Shown: positions 26,601 to 40,971, numbered from the whole stretch's first letter. The stretch: 63,946 nucleotides of DNA, filler included, from Bonamia ostreae (GCA_040357525.1; 9 parts of 9 records of this genome joined end to end with filler, not necessarily neighbours in it), one strand, 5' to 3'. Numbers and translations are program-made. The notes: generated from the sequence alone by a model not told the origin.

Positions 26601-27706
26601 AGTTCAAAATCCAGCTAAGAAGTTTTGCTAGGCTTTTTTCGATCAAATTGTCGTTCGTCTTTAAAATTAAAGCGGAAACGTTTTTCTTAACGGATCTTTT
26701 CGAAATCAAGAAAAGATTTTCAAAAAGTTCTTCTTGATACTTTTCGAAATAAGGTAGGCGAGAGTCGATAAAATGCCTTATGCCTTCCAAGGCGTACGTG
26801 ATAGGAACTTCGCCGCTTTTAGACATTTCGTCGAGTTTTTTGATTCGTCGTAACAGAGTGATGAATTGGAATTCCATCAGTCTCTAAATTTTTGCATTTA
26901 AACTATTCGGTTCCAGTCGTTGGGTTCTTTTGTGTTTTTGGAGAGGATTTTCTCTGTCATTGAAATTAGACAAGGCATAAGATCGATCGCGTTCTTAAAA
27001 TATGTAGCGGAGAACAAAAAGTTCATATGTATTGCAGATATTACGTCAAAATTATCTTCGAACTCTTCTTCAAACATTGACAATAATTGTTTTAGAAGCC
27101 CCAAAACGCTCTTTTTTAAAATTTTGGTTAAAATTATAAAAATTTTATTCTTAAAAGAAGATTTTTGTAGCGAGTTATTTTACATTGCGGCAAATTTTTT
27201 TAACAAAAAGAAGATTTTTGTGGCAGATTTTATAAAAGAAGATGTGTTAGATTTTTTGGACAATTTTAAGATTTTGGGAAATCTAAAATTCAACCTTCAC
27301 AAACTCATGTTTCTTGCTCAAAGTAGCCTTCACAATGAACTCAAACAACTCAGACCACCCCGATTCAAAGTACTCAAGAGATTTTATCCTCAAAATTATA
27401 GATTGTATGCGCAGCAACACCTTTGGAGATTCTTCGTTTTCGTAAAGCGCCAAAACATGAGCTTTCAGCTCGCTTTTTTCAACAAAATTAATTTTTTTGT
27501 AATGCTCTTTTATACTGTTCTCAATCAGAAGTGCGGTAAATAGTCTATTCCTTTCTAAAATAAGAAATGCAAACCGGATCCATTTTTCAGAATATCGACT
27601 AATTGGACAAACTGACTATTTTCGACGGAGCTGATTTCGGAAAATTTTTTGTTTTTGGGTTTTAGCGTTTCAAGAAATTGGTTGATTTCGGGTCGTTCCA
27701 TGGTCA
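23667..27706 (-). CDS. Large multi-exon helical-repeat (HEAT/ARM-like) hypothetical protein
   Basis: Chain of ~9 minus-strand ORFs with Leu-rich amphipathic helices; family not recognised. Confidence 0.5.
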
Positions 27707-27845
27707 TTATTGTTTATGTGTTAAATAATAAATTTGAGATAAACCTTTTAAAATGAATAAGATAATTTTCGCGTGGTTTGACTCGATCTTCACTTACAAT
27801 AAACGATTTTTATAATATTTGTTAATTGAAAAATTGGCTGTAAAT

Positions 27846-28432
27846 TTATTCGTTATCTTTGCCCATCACAATATCGTGGTAATCTTCTTTGCGAATATAA
27901 GTATTTTCGCCTTGGATGACTTCCCCGTTTTTTTCGTGCACTTTTTTATCATCTTCGGTCATCGGCAGAAAGTTTTCCATTCGACCAGCGGGTTTGACGA
28001 CGGTCACAAGATCGAATGCTTTTGATTTGCTTCGCTTCTTCCCCAGTTTGAACAGAACTACGTCGCCTGGGACGCATTCGTTTTCTTTTTGTAAGTGATA
28101 AAAACTTTCGTCGTGCACATGATATTTGCGGCGCTTTTTGATCGGCATTTTGGTAAATTTTTGTTTGACGTAATGGTTGACGAGCACTGCTATCGTTTTC
28201 GGCCGTGTGTTGTTTAGCACAAGTCCCATCCAATGGTTCGAACTGACCTGTATGTACTTGTTCTTTAGTTCTTGAGTTCAAAGGTTAAACCTTTTAAGCG
28301 GTCCAAATCGAACTGTTTCTCCTTTTGAACTCGAATGTGGTTTTTGCCTTTAACTCTATTGACATAGATGTTGTATTTTATTCCGTTTTTTGCGCCCACA
28401 CTTGATAAAACAAGTTTTTTAAAGCTGCTCAT
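27846..28432 (-). CDS. MRPS17: Mitochondrial ribosomal protein uS17m
   Basis: GLV....PKTIAV..KRRKYHVHDE..CVPGDVV..SKSKAF, bacterial-type S17; N-terminal presequence-like exon. Confidence 0.8.
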
Positions 28433-28738
28433 TTCTGTTTGTTGTTCAATATATGCAGGTTTTTTATTATAAAAGTTTGGGTTAACGACAAATTTCCAAA
28501 AATGAGTGTCGTTTAACTAGCAAAAGATGAAATTGTAAAAATATTAAAAACAGATTTTTAAATCTAAAAAATTACAAAAATTGCGTTGAAATCTAAAAAA
28601 TATTGAAAATAGTTCTAAAAATCTAAAAAATTGNNNNNNNNNNNNNNNNNNNNNNNNNNNNNNNNNNNNNNNNNNNNTTAATTAATTAANNNNNNNNNNN
28701 NNNNNNNNNNNNNNNNNNNNNNNNNNNNNNNNNACGAT

Positions 28739-29523
28739 TTATTGATTTTGTGGTATGAGAGGATTGGTATCGATGTCTCGAGCGGATCGCCTGTTTCGGG
28801 GGATAATAACTTTTCGCTGCATCGGCTGCTTCACCTCAATTTCCCCTTCATCTTCGACCAGTTCCATCGGCTTCTTCACCTTAACAACATCGGGCAGTTC
28901 ACCGCGCTCGCCTCCACTTGGCAACTGAATGCGCAACTTGATGCCAAGAACGCCTTGGCGCATGTTGACATGGCGAATCGACTCGACCACGAAATCCTCT
29001 TTGGCGGAACCACTTTTGACCATGTACCCGCTCTTGAACTTGACAGTTTTCCCGCGAGCCCCGCGGAGCTTCCCGCTGATGTCTATTTCTACTCCGTTGG
29101 CTTCGTTCATCATGATGAACTTCATCACGCTCAAAGCGGCGCGGCGCGCCTTGACTCCTTCTGCCAATTTGTATTTTAAGGACTCGGCTTGAGCAGGCGC
29201 GCAGAGACCTCGGTTGGCCACGCGGTCGACGTAAAGTTCGAAGTCTTTGTTGTCGAGATTGAAGCGCTGTTTAAGCAACGAAGAAATCTCGTTGAAGAGA
29301 CGGCCGTTTTCACCAAGCACATTCTGCGTCCGCGTGGCGTAAATGACGATTTCTTTTTTGGAGGCTTTGTTGCGGATTCGGACTCCGGCGAAGCCTTCGT
29401 CGATGAGCTTATCAGAAAGAATTTCTTTTAATTCGCTTTCGAAGAGACCTTGAGCGACGATCTTGGAATATTTGAATTAACCTTTCTCTTTATGTTTATG
29501 CTTTTGGTGGATTTGGAGGCCAT
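28739..29523 (-). CDS. RPS3: 40S ribosomal protein S3
   Basis: RGLCAPAQAESLKYKL, ISGKLRGARGK, RQGVLGIK; 20-nt intron 29462-29481. Confidence 0.95.
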
Positions 29524-30799
29524 TAGGTTTTGGTTCGGCGAAATTTAGCTTTTAAGATTATTTTATATTGTTTTTGTTAGTGTGGAATTTATGATTTTGC
29601 TTATTTAGGAAGTTTTGGTTGTTGTGGATGGGGTTGTTGTTGTGACGAGTGTTTAAACGACGCTCGATATTAGCCGTCTTTAATTAATTCGGATAATGGC
29701 GCTCAAATGGCGACGTGAAAAATTGAATTTACATTTTCATAAGTTCGTCAAAACTTTTCTCGTCGATTTTTTCTTGTTTGATTATTTTGTTACGACTTTC
29801 GTTGTTCTTTCTTTTAAATCTTTTAACTGGTCTTTTCAGTTCGTAGAAGCTCTTATTCATTGTTTTTCTTTTGGCTGATTCCAATTCTCTTTTTTGTTGT
29901 TTTTCACCTTTTTTTAAATCGGTTTAGCGATAAAACTCCAAATCCGCTTTGCTCTCTCTTTGGCGGAATCGGTCAAAGTCCCTTTTTGTTCGATGTTCTT
30001 ATTCGCGTTGTTAAGCCCCGAAGCGGTTTCAACGATTCTTGCAACTTCGTCATTCGTCTTTCGAAATTATTTTTACAAACTTTTTTGTCCTTTTTATCTT
30101 TTCGCTTGTTGTAAAGCTTATAAGCTTCTAAAAGAGCTTTAAAATATGTCGATAAAACAGAATTCTTCATTTGTGTAGTCTTCAACTCGTTTTGTAATAG
30201 TTCTTGTTCTTGTTCTCGTTTTGTCCCACATTTATTAATTTTTAACTGTTTAAATATATTTGTTTAGTTTTTAAAGCTTTTTTGAGCTTATTTTATTATT
30301 ATTTAAAAGAGCGATAAAAACTTTCTCATAAAAAGATGTTTTTAAAGCGATTTGAATTAAGTTTTGTGATATTAAAATCTAATCTACATAAAATAAGTTA
30401 TCCCGAAAAGACCAAATTTGAATTAACAAAAACGAACCAAAAATAAATTTTTTAAATTGATTATTTGAACAAACAAGAAAAGATTTATTTGAAAAATAAT
30501 CGATTCTGCGAGTTTTTTCTCTTCTTTAAATACACTTTCTCGTTTTGTCTCTATAATTTCCAACGTGCTTTGCTGATACTTCGTGATAACTTAACCGCCA
30601 ATCTTTCTTTCCATAAAATTTTGCCAAAATTTAATTGTTTTGACAAATATTCGAAAACGAAGCAGTCGAATCGTCGTCATTTTTAATTTGCAAAACAATT
30701 TAAAAAATGGCCAAAAGTTATTTACAGAACAATCGCTTATTATTAAAGCGCCGTTTTACAGAACAAACAATTTAAAAACGCCATATAAATTTTAAGCTC

Positions 30800-31707
30800 A
30801 TGGACAAAACGGACTTATTTTTTTATTTTGTCAAAATATGGCGTACGAAACTGCATATTAAAATCAGCAGAGAAAGAAGAAACGAAGAAGAAACGCCATT
30901 CGCCAAAATGGCGGAATCGCTTGTTTTTTTAATACAAAACGACTTTTTATCAACAAAAAAGGAAAAATCGATTCGAAAATACAAAAATTTTTTGAAAGAA
31001 AACGAGTTGGAATACTGTGACGACTTACGTCACTTCGAAAACAGAGAAAATAAATTGACACACGAAAACCGACTCGCGATCGAAAGGGACACTTTCAAGT
31101 TCACGAAAAAAGTTTCGGATGAAATAAAACAACTGAAAAACCACACGGACTGCGTTAGGGCGCACAGCCAAAAACAACATTTCCAATTAATCATTTTCCA
31201 TTTGATCGATCGTCTCAAACAAATAAACGATTTGATGTCGGAAATGCAAAAGAAAAGAGAAAAAAATTTTTTAAACAAAAAATGGGGACTCGAAAGCTTC
31301 AAAAATATTTTTGGGAAAATCGAAAATTTTGAAAATGGAGAGAAAATTGGAGTTTTCGGTCGTTTCGAAAATGAGCGAAAAGTCGAAAAAATGGCGAAAT
31401 TTGGTAAAGAAAAATCAGTTGAACTCGCTGAAATAAAGTTTAGTTTTAAAGAATTAGTCAATCGCGAACAAAAATGGCGAACATATCGAAAATGCTGAAT
31501 ATGTTCGCTTCGGAGATCGAAAACCAGCGAAACAAAATAGACACGTTAAACAACAGCGCGGAAGGATCACTTTGGAATTACGAAAGCGCGAACAAATCGA
31601 TGAGATCGACTTTTTTGAGAAGAAGCGGTTCGAACAAATTCCACAAAATGATCATTTTCATTTTGGCCGGAATTTGTTTGCTTTTTCTGGATTGGTTTTC
31701 GCCGTGA
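30800..31707 (+). CDS. STX18: Syntaxin-18/Ufe1-like Qa-SNARE
   Basis: MDKTDLF N-peptide, SNARE helix with central Q, C-terminal TM ending LLFLDW. Confidence 0.75.
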
Positions 31708-31934
31708 GCAATAAATTTTTTTGTGACAGTTTGATTTTTAATTGATAAAATTCAAAACGACAAATCTCAAAATTTTGTGAAAATTTTTTTTATAATGAAA
31801 ATTTTCCGCATTCAGAAATTTTTTAAAGAACAAATTTGTCTTTTAACGAAAAATTGACATTTTTTGCAATTTACAGCGAATAACAAACTGAAAATAATCT
31901 TTAATTTTATTTTCGTACAAAAATAGTAAGTTGT

Positions 31935-32249
31935 TTAATCTTCAAACTTTTCGTAAATCTTTCTGCAATAAGGACAAGTCGGCTTGTTTGTAATCGCCCA
32001 TCTAAGAATGCATTCACGATGGAAAATATGTCCACAGGCAAGCATGTAAGGAGGACGTTTGGAACTATAATCGTTTAGACAAACAGAACAAGATTCTTCT
32101 AAATGAGAAATCAAATTGACCAATTTGTAATATTTCGCGTTTTTCATTCTGGACAAAATTCCTTTGTACAAAAACACAAGAAACGTCACAAGAATCAAAG
32201 CCACGATAAGTGATCCGATAATTACTCCAATTGTTTCATCTGTATTCAT
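31935..32249 (-). CDS. Small transmembrane RING-H2 E3 ligase
   Basis: N-terminal TM; CSVC..CGHIFHRECI..W..CPYC. Confidence 0.88.
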   Translation of the reverse strand: MNTDETIGVIIGSLIVALILVTFLVFLYKGILSRMKNAKYYKLVNLISHLEESCSVCLNDYSSKRPPYMLACGHIFHRECILRWAITNKPTCPYCRKIYEKFED

Positions 32250-32399
32250 TTTATTTTCGAAATTACTTTGTTGTTTTAGTGAAAAAATTATATTTTTTTG
32301 TTTTAGTTAAATTTGCTGAAACGATTATTTTGGTTTTGTATATTTTGCTGTTTGCTTTTGTTACTGAAATATTAAACAAATTATAAAATTGTTTGCAAA

Positions 32400-35300
32400 A
32401 ATCTTCCAATACAATTTACAACGTCCTCTAAACACTGAAAATCGTAAAAGAGAGAATAGCGGCCGACAACAATGAAAAAAATGAAATCACTCCAAAGCAG
32501 CCAATTGTAACAAAGGGATGCCATTCCCAAACACATTTCGGAATCTGCGCCCAATCGCCATTTTCATCACAAACCGGGTCTTTGCCATATTTTCTGTGAT
32601 GCTCTTTGCATTCAATCTCACAGAAATCTCCAGTAACTGAGTTTGCGCATTTGTTTCGTCTAATAGAGTTCCCAATTTTTGGATTCGCACGACATTTCGC
32701 TAATTTCGATTAAATTGCAACAATGATATTTTCGATTAAATTGTAAAAACGATCAAATATTGCAACAGTAAAAAAATTTAAAAACTGTCTGGACATAAAT
32801 TGTATCGCGGGAAATTTAGTTTTAACATCGAAATGTCGAATTGTATATTTTCACATTTTGGCACGTTGATCCATTTTCCAGTCGAGTTTTCAGTGACAAC
32901 ACATTTTGGGAAGATTTTCGGGTGCTCTTCTATAAATTCATTTTTGCATTTGATCCTGCAAACGGTGTTCACAAAAGTTCCAACGCAGATTTCTGGATTT
33001 TCCAGATTTTTGCTTTCTTCGAAAGACATTCTGCCACATGTTACTAAATTTTTTCGATTTTTCATTTTTAAAAAATTTTCCAAAATGAAAAATGAAAAAT
33101 GGCGAAAAATTATGAAAACTTTCGATACATTGAGGTACGTTTGTCCAAATCGGCCGAACGTTCCCATCTTCATTTAATAAATCACATTTCGCATACTCAA
33201 AATGGACCTTCTTGAAAGTTTTCTTGCACGCGATTCTGCAAATCGACCCGATTTCGGCTGCTCTGCAATTTGTGTCCTCAACGGCATTCTCAATCGGCTC
33301 CAAATCCTCGCAAGACACTTTTTTTGTCAAAAAAAAACATTTTTCACATTTCGGATAGTTTATCCAATGCGCACTCGATCCGTGTTGGTCAAGGACACAG
33401 GTGAAATCTGGTTCTTCCGAGGGAACTAACACATGCCCGGCATCACAACGAACATTGCAGACATCGTTTAACTCTACTTCCTCGCACCGCGAAGCATTTG
33501 AGTGCGGTACAAACGGCTTTGGACAATTTACTGCGAAAAATGACAAAAAAAACTTTTTTCGCACGTCGGAATATTTATCCAATGCGTTTTGTAAATGTAA
33601 TCACCATTGTCACCGCTATCTTTGGAACTTTTGTGATCTTCGTCATTGAGAGTGCACAAGGCACCCGGATTTTCTGAAATGTGGTACCCCGCATCACATT
33701 CGAAGTTTCTGCAAACGTATTCGACTCGGGTATTGTAAGATTCGTGTTTTTGCAGATGCTCAATATCGAAATGATTGGGCCACTTTAGTTTGTAGCACAG
33801 AGCGACTTGGTCCCAATAAGGTTCGATTTGCCCTTCTTTAATGGAACAAATTGCTCGGCCTCCGACCTTTTCAAAATTCGGCAAGCACTTTATTTCGCAT
33901 TCTGACCAAACGGGAGTGTTTGCACACTGGTCGACATCTTTGTTTCGGACAGAGGGGGGATTTTTGCAGCGCTCTTAAAAATCGATTTAAAAACTTATGA
34001 CGCAATAGACGACATTTGACCATTCCATTCTGTTGCTTTGTTCGTTGAAGGAACATTTCATTTCGTTTGTATCTTTGTCTGGTTCGAAACCAAGTTTGCA
34101 TGAAACAGGTACAATATCGCCGTGCACAAAATGTTCCAAATTTTCTTCCAAAACTGAATTTTCTATATTTATAGTTTCGCAGTTTTCTTTTTTTTTAACA
34201 CAAAATATTTTATCGGAAAATATTTTTTTAATTCGAGAAATTAAAATATAATCGCAAAAATAATGTTTTTATAAATGACAATTTTTTATTTTGTCGAAAT
34301 TTATTATAGTAAAAACTCTTTACACAAGTCACTTTCTTATTCCAAACAGCTTCCTTCAACGTTGAGTTGAACACACATTTAATCTCATTGTCTTCATCAC
34401 TCAATCGATAAATTTTGTCGCACTCAACTCTAAAAACACTTCCGATTTCAAAATCGAGCACTTCAGAAGCATTTTCACTGTTATCTATATACAATTCCGG
34501 GCACTTTTCTATAAAAAATAACAATAAAACTTTTTTGGCAAAAAGGCACAAAATTCCAAAACGGTTTGTTCTCAAAAAAATCGAATTTGCATTCAATTGG
34601 TATTTCTGGATTATAAAATTTTCCGTCGTTGTTTTCATAAACCAAATCATATTGTTCATCGCATTCTATAAAATGTTTCGAACCAATTGGATCGCTGCTT
34701 TCAATGATACCAACTGTTTCTACACTATTTTCTATTCGCAAATCGCTTAAATCACATTGCACTTTTTTAAAACAAGTAAAAATTTGTTAAAAACAATGTA
34801 ACAAATGGCAAAATTAATTTTGTCAAACTTTTTTCACAAACAAACAAATCTTCCCAAATTGCTTCTTTGGTAATTTCGTCGAAACCGCATTTTAATTTGT
34901 GCAATTTCTTTGAAGAGGGTTTCAATTCGTATTGAGAATGGCAGATAATTTCAATCTCATTCCCGATTTCCAAAGAAACGTTGGAGATATTTGAATTTTC
35001 TATTAAAATTTCGGGACACTTTTTGATGGAACAAACGGGAATATTTGTCCATTCTGCGATATGGTAGTTTTCGTTGTATAAACACTTGATGGTAGAAGGA
35101 GAATGGACTAGTTTGAACTGGTCTTTGCAAACGATTTTGAATGTGTTGCCAATTTCTAAATTTTCATTTATCTCTTCAATGATTGAGTTTGGTATTTTCA
35201 AAACGGAACATTTTTCTTTTGAAAATTTAAATTAAAACAAAAAATGCAAATTTTGCAATTAAAAATTTGAAAAAATAGCGAAAACTTTTGTTACACGAAA

Positions 35301-35768
35301 AAATATTATTCCAAATCGCCAAATCATTCTCTTCATCATAAATACACTCCAAAATAGCATTTTCGCCCATTAATTCATAACTTTTTTCGCACACCACTTC
35401 TTCTTTAAACCCGATTGAAGCTTCGTCGATATCTATAGTTGATTTTTCTATGGACACTTTTCCACATTTTTCTTTAAAGTTGTAGATTTAAAAACTGAGC
35501 ACGCATTTCGGCACTTTTTCCCAAAATGGTTTGTTGTCAACATTGTTTATTGAACATTCCAAAAAAGCATTTTCCGAATTTTCGTATTCGTATTTTGGTA
35601 AACAGTTTACTCTGAAGTTTTCATGTACTTCAATGTTCTGTATATCAATCGCAAAAGAGTTTTCGACTGTTACAAGAGGACATTTTTCTTTAATTATTTT
35701 TATCAATATTTTTAAAATAGAATATTTTTGACTAAAATTTTCCCAAAATTTCAAAATTTTTGAACTTT
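32400..35768 (-). CDS. Multi-sushi (CCP/SCR) domain membrane protein, 5'-truncated
   Basis: About 13 repeats of C-P..I.NS..G..C..Y....C....W...P.C, then a hydrophobic C-terminus; 3' end approximate. Confidence 0.8.
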
Positions 35769-35868
35769 NNNNNNNNNNNNNNNNNNNNNNNNNNNNNNNN
35801 NNNNNNNNNNNNTTAATTAATTAANNNNNNNNNNNNNNNNNNNNNNNNNNNNNNNNNNNNNNNNNNNN

Positions 35869-37373
35869 TAATATTCATTAATCTCCGTTATAAAGTCACT
35901 AAAATTCTTTTCACTGTTTTCGCGCAAATTTGAAAGTGTTGTCAAATATTGAAAAATCCTTTATTTTATCGTCACAAAACGTTATCCTCTTTTTAATTCT
36001 TTCACTCCTTTTAATTGTCGTACACAAAATCTCAATGTTGTCTTCAACGAATTCGGAATTGGCCAAATCTTTTCCATCGGTCGCAAAAACAATTTTCCCT
36101 CCCGTTCTATAATACAACTCTCCCATTTCGGTGGCTTCCGTCTACCATTTTAATTTTACATTTTACATTTTGGGAAAACTACAAATTTTAAACAATATCA
36201 ACGACAAAGAATCGTTCACTGTTATCAAAAAATTTCGTCACAGCTTTTTTCTGACTAGCGCTCAAACCAAAATCCAAAAAAATATACTCGGCCATTTTAT
36301 AAGTTTGGCCAACTGACCATCTCATTATGCTCGAAACCGACTGCAAATCCAACGCCGGATCAATGAACAATATCAAACTTATCGAACAAACGTCGTCCGG
36401 AAAATAAAAATCCCCCATTTTCACCAAATATCTTTCGTTTTCGTAGCTATTCCGTTGTCGCGTTTTTCCTATTCTGCTGAACGGAGAACTATTTTATCAA
36501 TGTCCAAACTATTTGATTCTGCGCGGATTTATGTCAGAAGTTCGAACGTCGGCTACTACAATGAACGGCAATATGTAGTAACAATGGTGTCTTCTCTTCA
36601 GACAAGCGCCGCTGATAACCTTGCTGTCGATCACGCCCATGTCCAATTCGAGCAATCTTATCATGTCGTCAAAGGCCCTTTCGTCTATTCCCACTGCGAA
36701 CGCTCCTTCGATCGGCTTTCTAGCGGTGAAGTAGCCATCGTGTTTCTTTACTGGAGACATTGCGGAGATAAATAAACTGTGAGACATTTTCAAGAAAGTA
36801 GAGCCGAACTGCACAACAGACCAATCTTCGGGGATTTTTTTCATCGACCGGTCGAATTGGCTTAAAAAGTCTTTGTGGAAAATTGCGTCGTCTTCGAGCC
36901 ACAGAATTCGGCGATAGCCTCTTCCTTTGGCGATTCTTAATGTTCTGAGCATCGTCCTCGCCAGTCCAAGAGAAGCGGGACTGCTATATTGACTGAACGC
37001 CCATTTTAAGTTGTCGTATAAATTTGAGTAATGTTTTGTATTTCCGTTTATCGCTTTTTTATTACCGTTGAACTTTTTCTGTGAAAATATTTTTGTTGTT
37101 GGGCGATTTTAAGTGTGAATATGTACATGCTTAGTGTTGTTGCAATGAATTGTTATCGTTATAATGACCTTCGATTCGTTCAAACGTAATGTTAAGTCGT
37201 TCCAAGGATTTTTGGATCATGAACATTCGATCTTGTCGCAAACTCAAATTTATTACGAATACTCTGTCAAAGACATCGTTTACTCTTAAAATTTCGCTTT
37301 TGTCACTAGTTTCAGAATTTGTGAAAATCTTTGAAAAGACAAAAATAGCAAAATATCTGCAAAATGCTACCAT
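35869..37373 (-). CDS. Glycosyltransferase family 25-like type II membrane protein
   Basis: N-terminal TM, VFVINL..RQDR, FERIEG, ILWLEDDAIF, P.DW; assignment of the downstream exons (35911-36427) to this gene is uncertain. Confidence 0.75.
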
Positions 37374-37566
37374 TTAAAAGATTTTTACTTTTACTATTTT
37401 ATCCAAAATGAAAGACTAAATGTTAAATTTTTAGGTCAATTTTAGGAAAAATGCCTTAAAATGTACAATTTTTGTCATACATTTTCATTATCATTAAATC
37501 AATATATTTATAAATCTTAAATTAACAAATATTATTCAAATCATTTTGTCATCAGAAAATTAATTA

Positions 37567-40500
37567 ATGACGGAGATGTTATTTCTTATTTATTTGCTTT
37601 TTGGAACGGTCATATTAGAAAATTGCACTCTTTGGAACGTTGATAATTTTGTCTTCGAAAATTACGATAAGAACTTGAAAAACTATGGCTTTAAATCTGG
37701 GATCTATAAAGACGGCGAGGATCGTAGAGGGAAAATGGTTGTTTCATGTAAAAAAGGGTCAGAGTTTGTATCGATCGGAAAAAAATTTTTGAACGAGTAC
37801 TTTATTGGCGAATTTGTAAACAATGGATTTAAAATAGTAGAGCAAAAACACGTTAATGTTAAAGAAATATGTTGTAGAGGTTTTTTCCATTAGAACTGCC
37901 AAATTAATGTTTTGCAAAAAAATTAAAACTTTTTTGACATTGTTTTATTAAAAGAAGTTTCAGAAAAACATACTTGTTCTTTGGAATATAACGGTTATGC
38001 AAATATTGGGATTCCAGCACCAAAATTTCTGAATCATGGCAAATGCCAAACATTTAAAGATTCAAGAAACTCAACGAATGAAAAGTATTTTTGCTGCATC
38101 GAAAATGTCTTAAGAGAATCGATTTGCGAAAAGAGCAAAGTTTTTGTTAAAACTCTCAAAAACGAATCCAGAATTGAAAGCGATCTAATGAGAATTGGCG
38201 ATATTTGCAAAACAACCAAAATCACTGAATATTGGGACGACATTTTAAAAATTGAAGTCAATTTTATAAAGATTGAACGCTTTAATGTGTGCCCATATTC
38301 TAATAATGACCAATTTTATTTGAATACACTTCATAGAAACAATAACGTTTATAGTGTGCTCAGTTCTGACATGTTATTGGTAAATATAAAAATCGGTCGT
38401 TTTCCTTCAAATCTTTTTTACTTGAAGAATGATGATATCTGTAAATTTAAATGTAGTTTACTGCAATGCGAAAAAGACAATAAAACAATCGAACTCAATA
38501 AAATAAGTAATCAAAATATTAATTGTTCAAAAAAATCGGGAAAACTCAGCGAAAACTTTGCGTGTCAAAATAAAAGTTGTATGATAAACGAGTATTTATT
38601 TAACTACCAGGAAGTCGAAACAGGAAAAATGTCACTATTGAATTGCAAAAGAAATTTTATTGGTGTTCGCGCTAAATCCAAATGGTCCTTTTTCCCCAAA
38701 ATTAATGTAACTTGTAACAATGACCTCATTAAAATGGTATCTGAACTTGGAGAAACAATTGTTGATGAAATCGATTGCTTCGACTTATCTGACTACGAAA
38801 GATGCCCAAGTGACAGAATTAATAAGGATCTTCCCGATTTTGTTAGTTGTAAAACAACAAAAAAATTCAAACGTATTTATAGTTTGTGTAGTCATCTTTC
38901 GCCCGTGTTGTATTTTCGAAAATGCAGAGATGTTCTTGAATACGGCTGCAACATGCACGAAGATAATTTTAATGAATTTTATTGTCAAAATGACCAAAAA
39001 ATTAAAATATCTTGCGGTTATAAAAAAACTATTTCGAAGGAAAGCTACCACAAAAAATTATGTGACAGCAAATGTGACATGTCTAAAGAATTTTCTGATT
39101 CACTTCAAATTGATGAAAAAATTGGTTGTAAAGATGGTGAATTGGTTAAAGGTATCTCTGGACGATATTATTTTGGGATTGAGTTGATTTGTCAAAATAC
39201 AAAATGGAATATACATGTCGACAACAAGAAAGTAGACATTTTGGCTGATGAACATTGCTCAAAATTTAAACTCAAATCGTGCAACAGCTTTCGATTTTTT
39301 GACAAAAGTTTCCGTTACGAGATTTACTGTGGGAACGAAACTCTATATGTTGAATGTTATGTTACCAAAACATTCGGTTATGGTCCATTGGAAAAACTTT
39401 TAGATAAAATTTGCAAGTTGAGCTTGAACTTTTGTACCATTAATCATCATTATCATAACAACACGGTTTCAAAACAATACCTGATTTTCAAGAAATCGAC
39501 AAAAATACAAAAATACAGAGAAGACGTATTTATCGCTTCGAATAACAAATTGGTTGATGAATTGGAATTAACATGCAACTCGTTAGTTTCAAATTTAAAT
39601 GTAAAGTACACAGGTTTTTGAATTTTTTAAACAAAGTCGTGAAAAATGGATGCAAAACCAATCTGTTGCGATCATTTTCATCGATATCATTGGAACCGAT
39701 TTCTCAAATAATACAAAACCGAGAGACGATAGAAGTACAATGTCGTAACAACAACCAGAAAATTAACCTCGAATGCCATACTGGAACTTTTGTTTTACCA
39801 CACGGAACAAATATAACCAAAAACAGCGATATAGCCAAATTGTGTGAAAGCATGTGCCTTTTTAAAACTTCTGAACAACTTAACATCGATTTTATAGAAA
39901 GTGGTTCTACAGAAACTGTCCGTTGCTTGGACAAGAAATTTGTAAAGATTGAGGAAAAATATTTTGATTCTGTCGCCCTTTTGTGTCACGAAAGAAGTTT
40001 AATCAACAAATTTATGCATACATATTTGCCAACAATTGGTTGTGAAAGAGTTGATGTTGCGACGTGCAGACATTTCAGTAAAGACAGCATTTCAGACTAT
40101 CATTACAATTGCAGTAACGACAATGGAAAAATTATCAAGCTAAACTTTTTTTGCGAAGACAAATTGTACGAAAAAATAAGAAACGTTGAGTGGAAACGAA
40201 AGGTGCTCGTCGCTTGCAGGAGTTTCCATTATTATAAAGAATTTAAAAAGGCTGCAACATTCTAAACGGGAAATTTGTGCTAAAAGGACGCGCTGGCAGC
40301 ACCAAGAAATATGTCAAAGAAGGTACACATGATGTTGAATGCAAAAACAGTATGAAAGATTGGCTCGCAAAAGAAGAATTTTTGTACCCGAACCTTACAA
40401 TAAAATGTTCTAACAGCCATTTGGCCCATCACAATTTTTTCTGCGAACGTTTTTAAAACAACCTTTGATAATGAAAAGGTGTTGATACCGGTTGTAACAT

Positions 40501-40834
40501 CTCAAAAGTAATCTCGGGTGGGCAGATCATATCATCCGGTCCGAAAGACGGCACGATTCTGAGAAACAGGATTGGAATCTTTGTCGTTTGCCCAAACAAA
40601 AGAAAACTGCACATTCTGTGCAAAAGATCAAAAATATTTTACAAACTGGCGGAAAGAATTCAAATTTACAAGTCTTATGAAGAAAAAACCAAAATATGTG
40701 ATTTCAATTCTGGCGATAAGCGCCCAGACAACGTAAAAATCCCTTCTTTATATCTCGTTTTGCCTATCTACAGTTGTTTGCTCCTTTTAGTCATTGCTAC
40801 ATCTGCCTTCGCTTGTTACAAAAACAGAGATTAA
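37567..40834 (+). CDS. Large cysteine-rich secreted/type I membrane protein
   Basis: Signal-peptide-like start, ~1000 aa with regularly spaced Cys over several exons, C-terminal TM (LYLVLPIYSCLLLLVIATSAFAC) and short tail. Confidence 0.7.
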
Positions 40835-40971
40835 ATGATCTTTGTATTTGTGCAATTTTTACGTTATTTATAAAAAACTAGTCGTAACAGAAAATTTATT
40901 GTTTTCCAAACGAAAAAATTTTGCAAAACCAAATTTACTAAAAATATTGTCATGCTAAAAATGCGCACAGA

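Noticed and set aside
32400-40834. Surface-protein/glycosylation island (sushi array + GT25 + Cys-rich protein)
   Set aside because: The linker at 35769 separates the sushi gene from the others; only GT25 and the Cys-rich gene are truly adjacent
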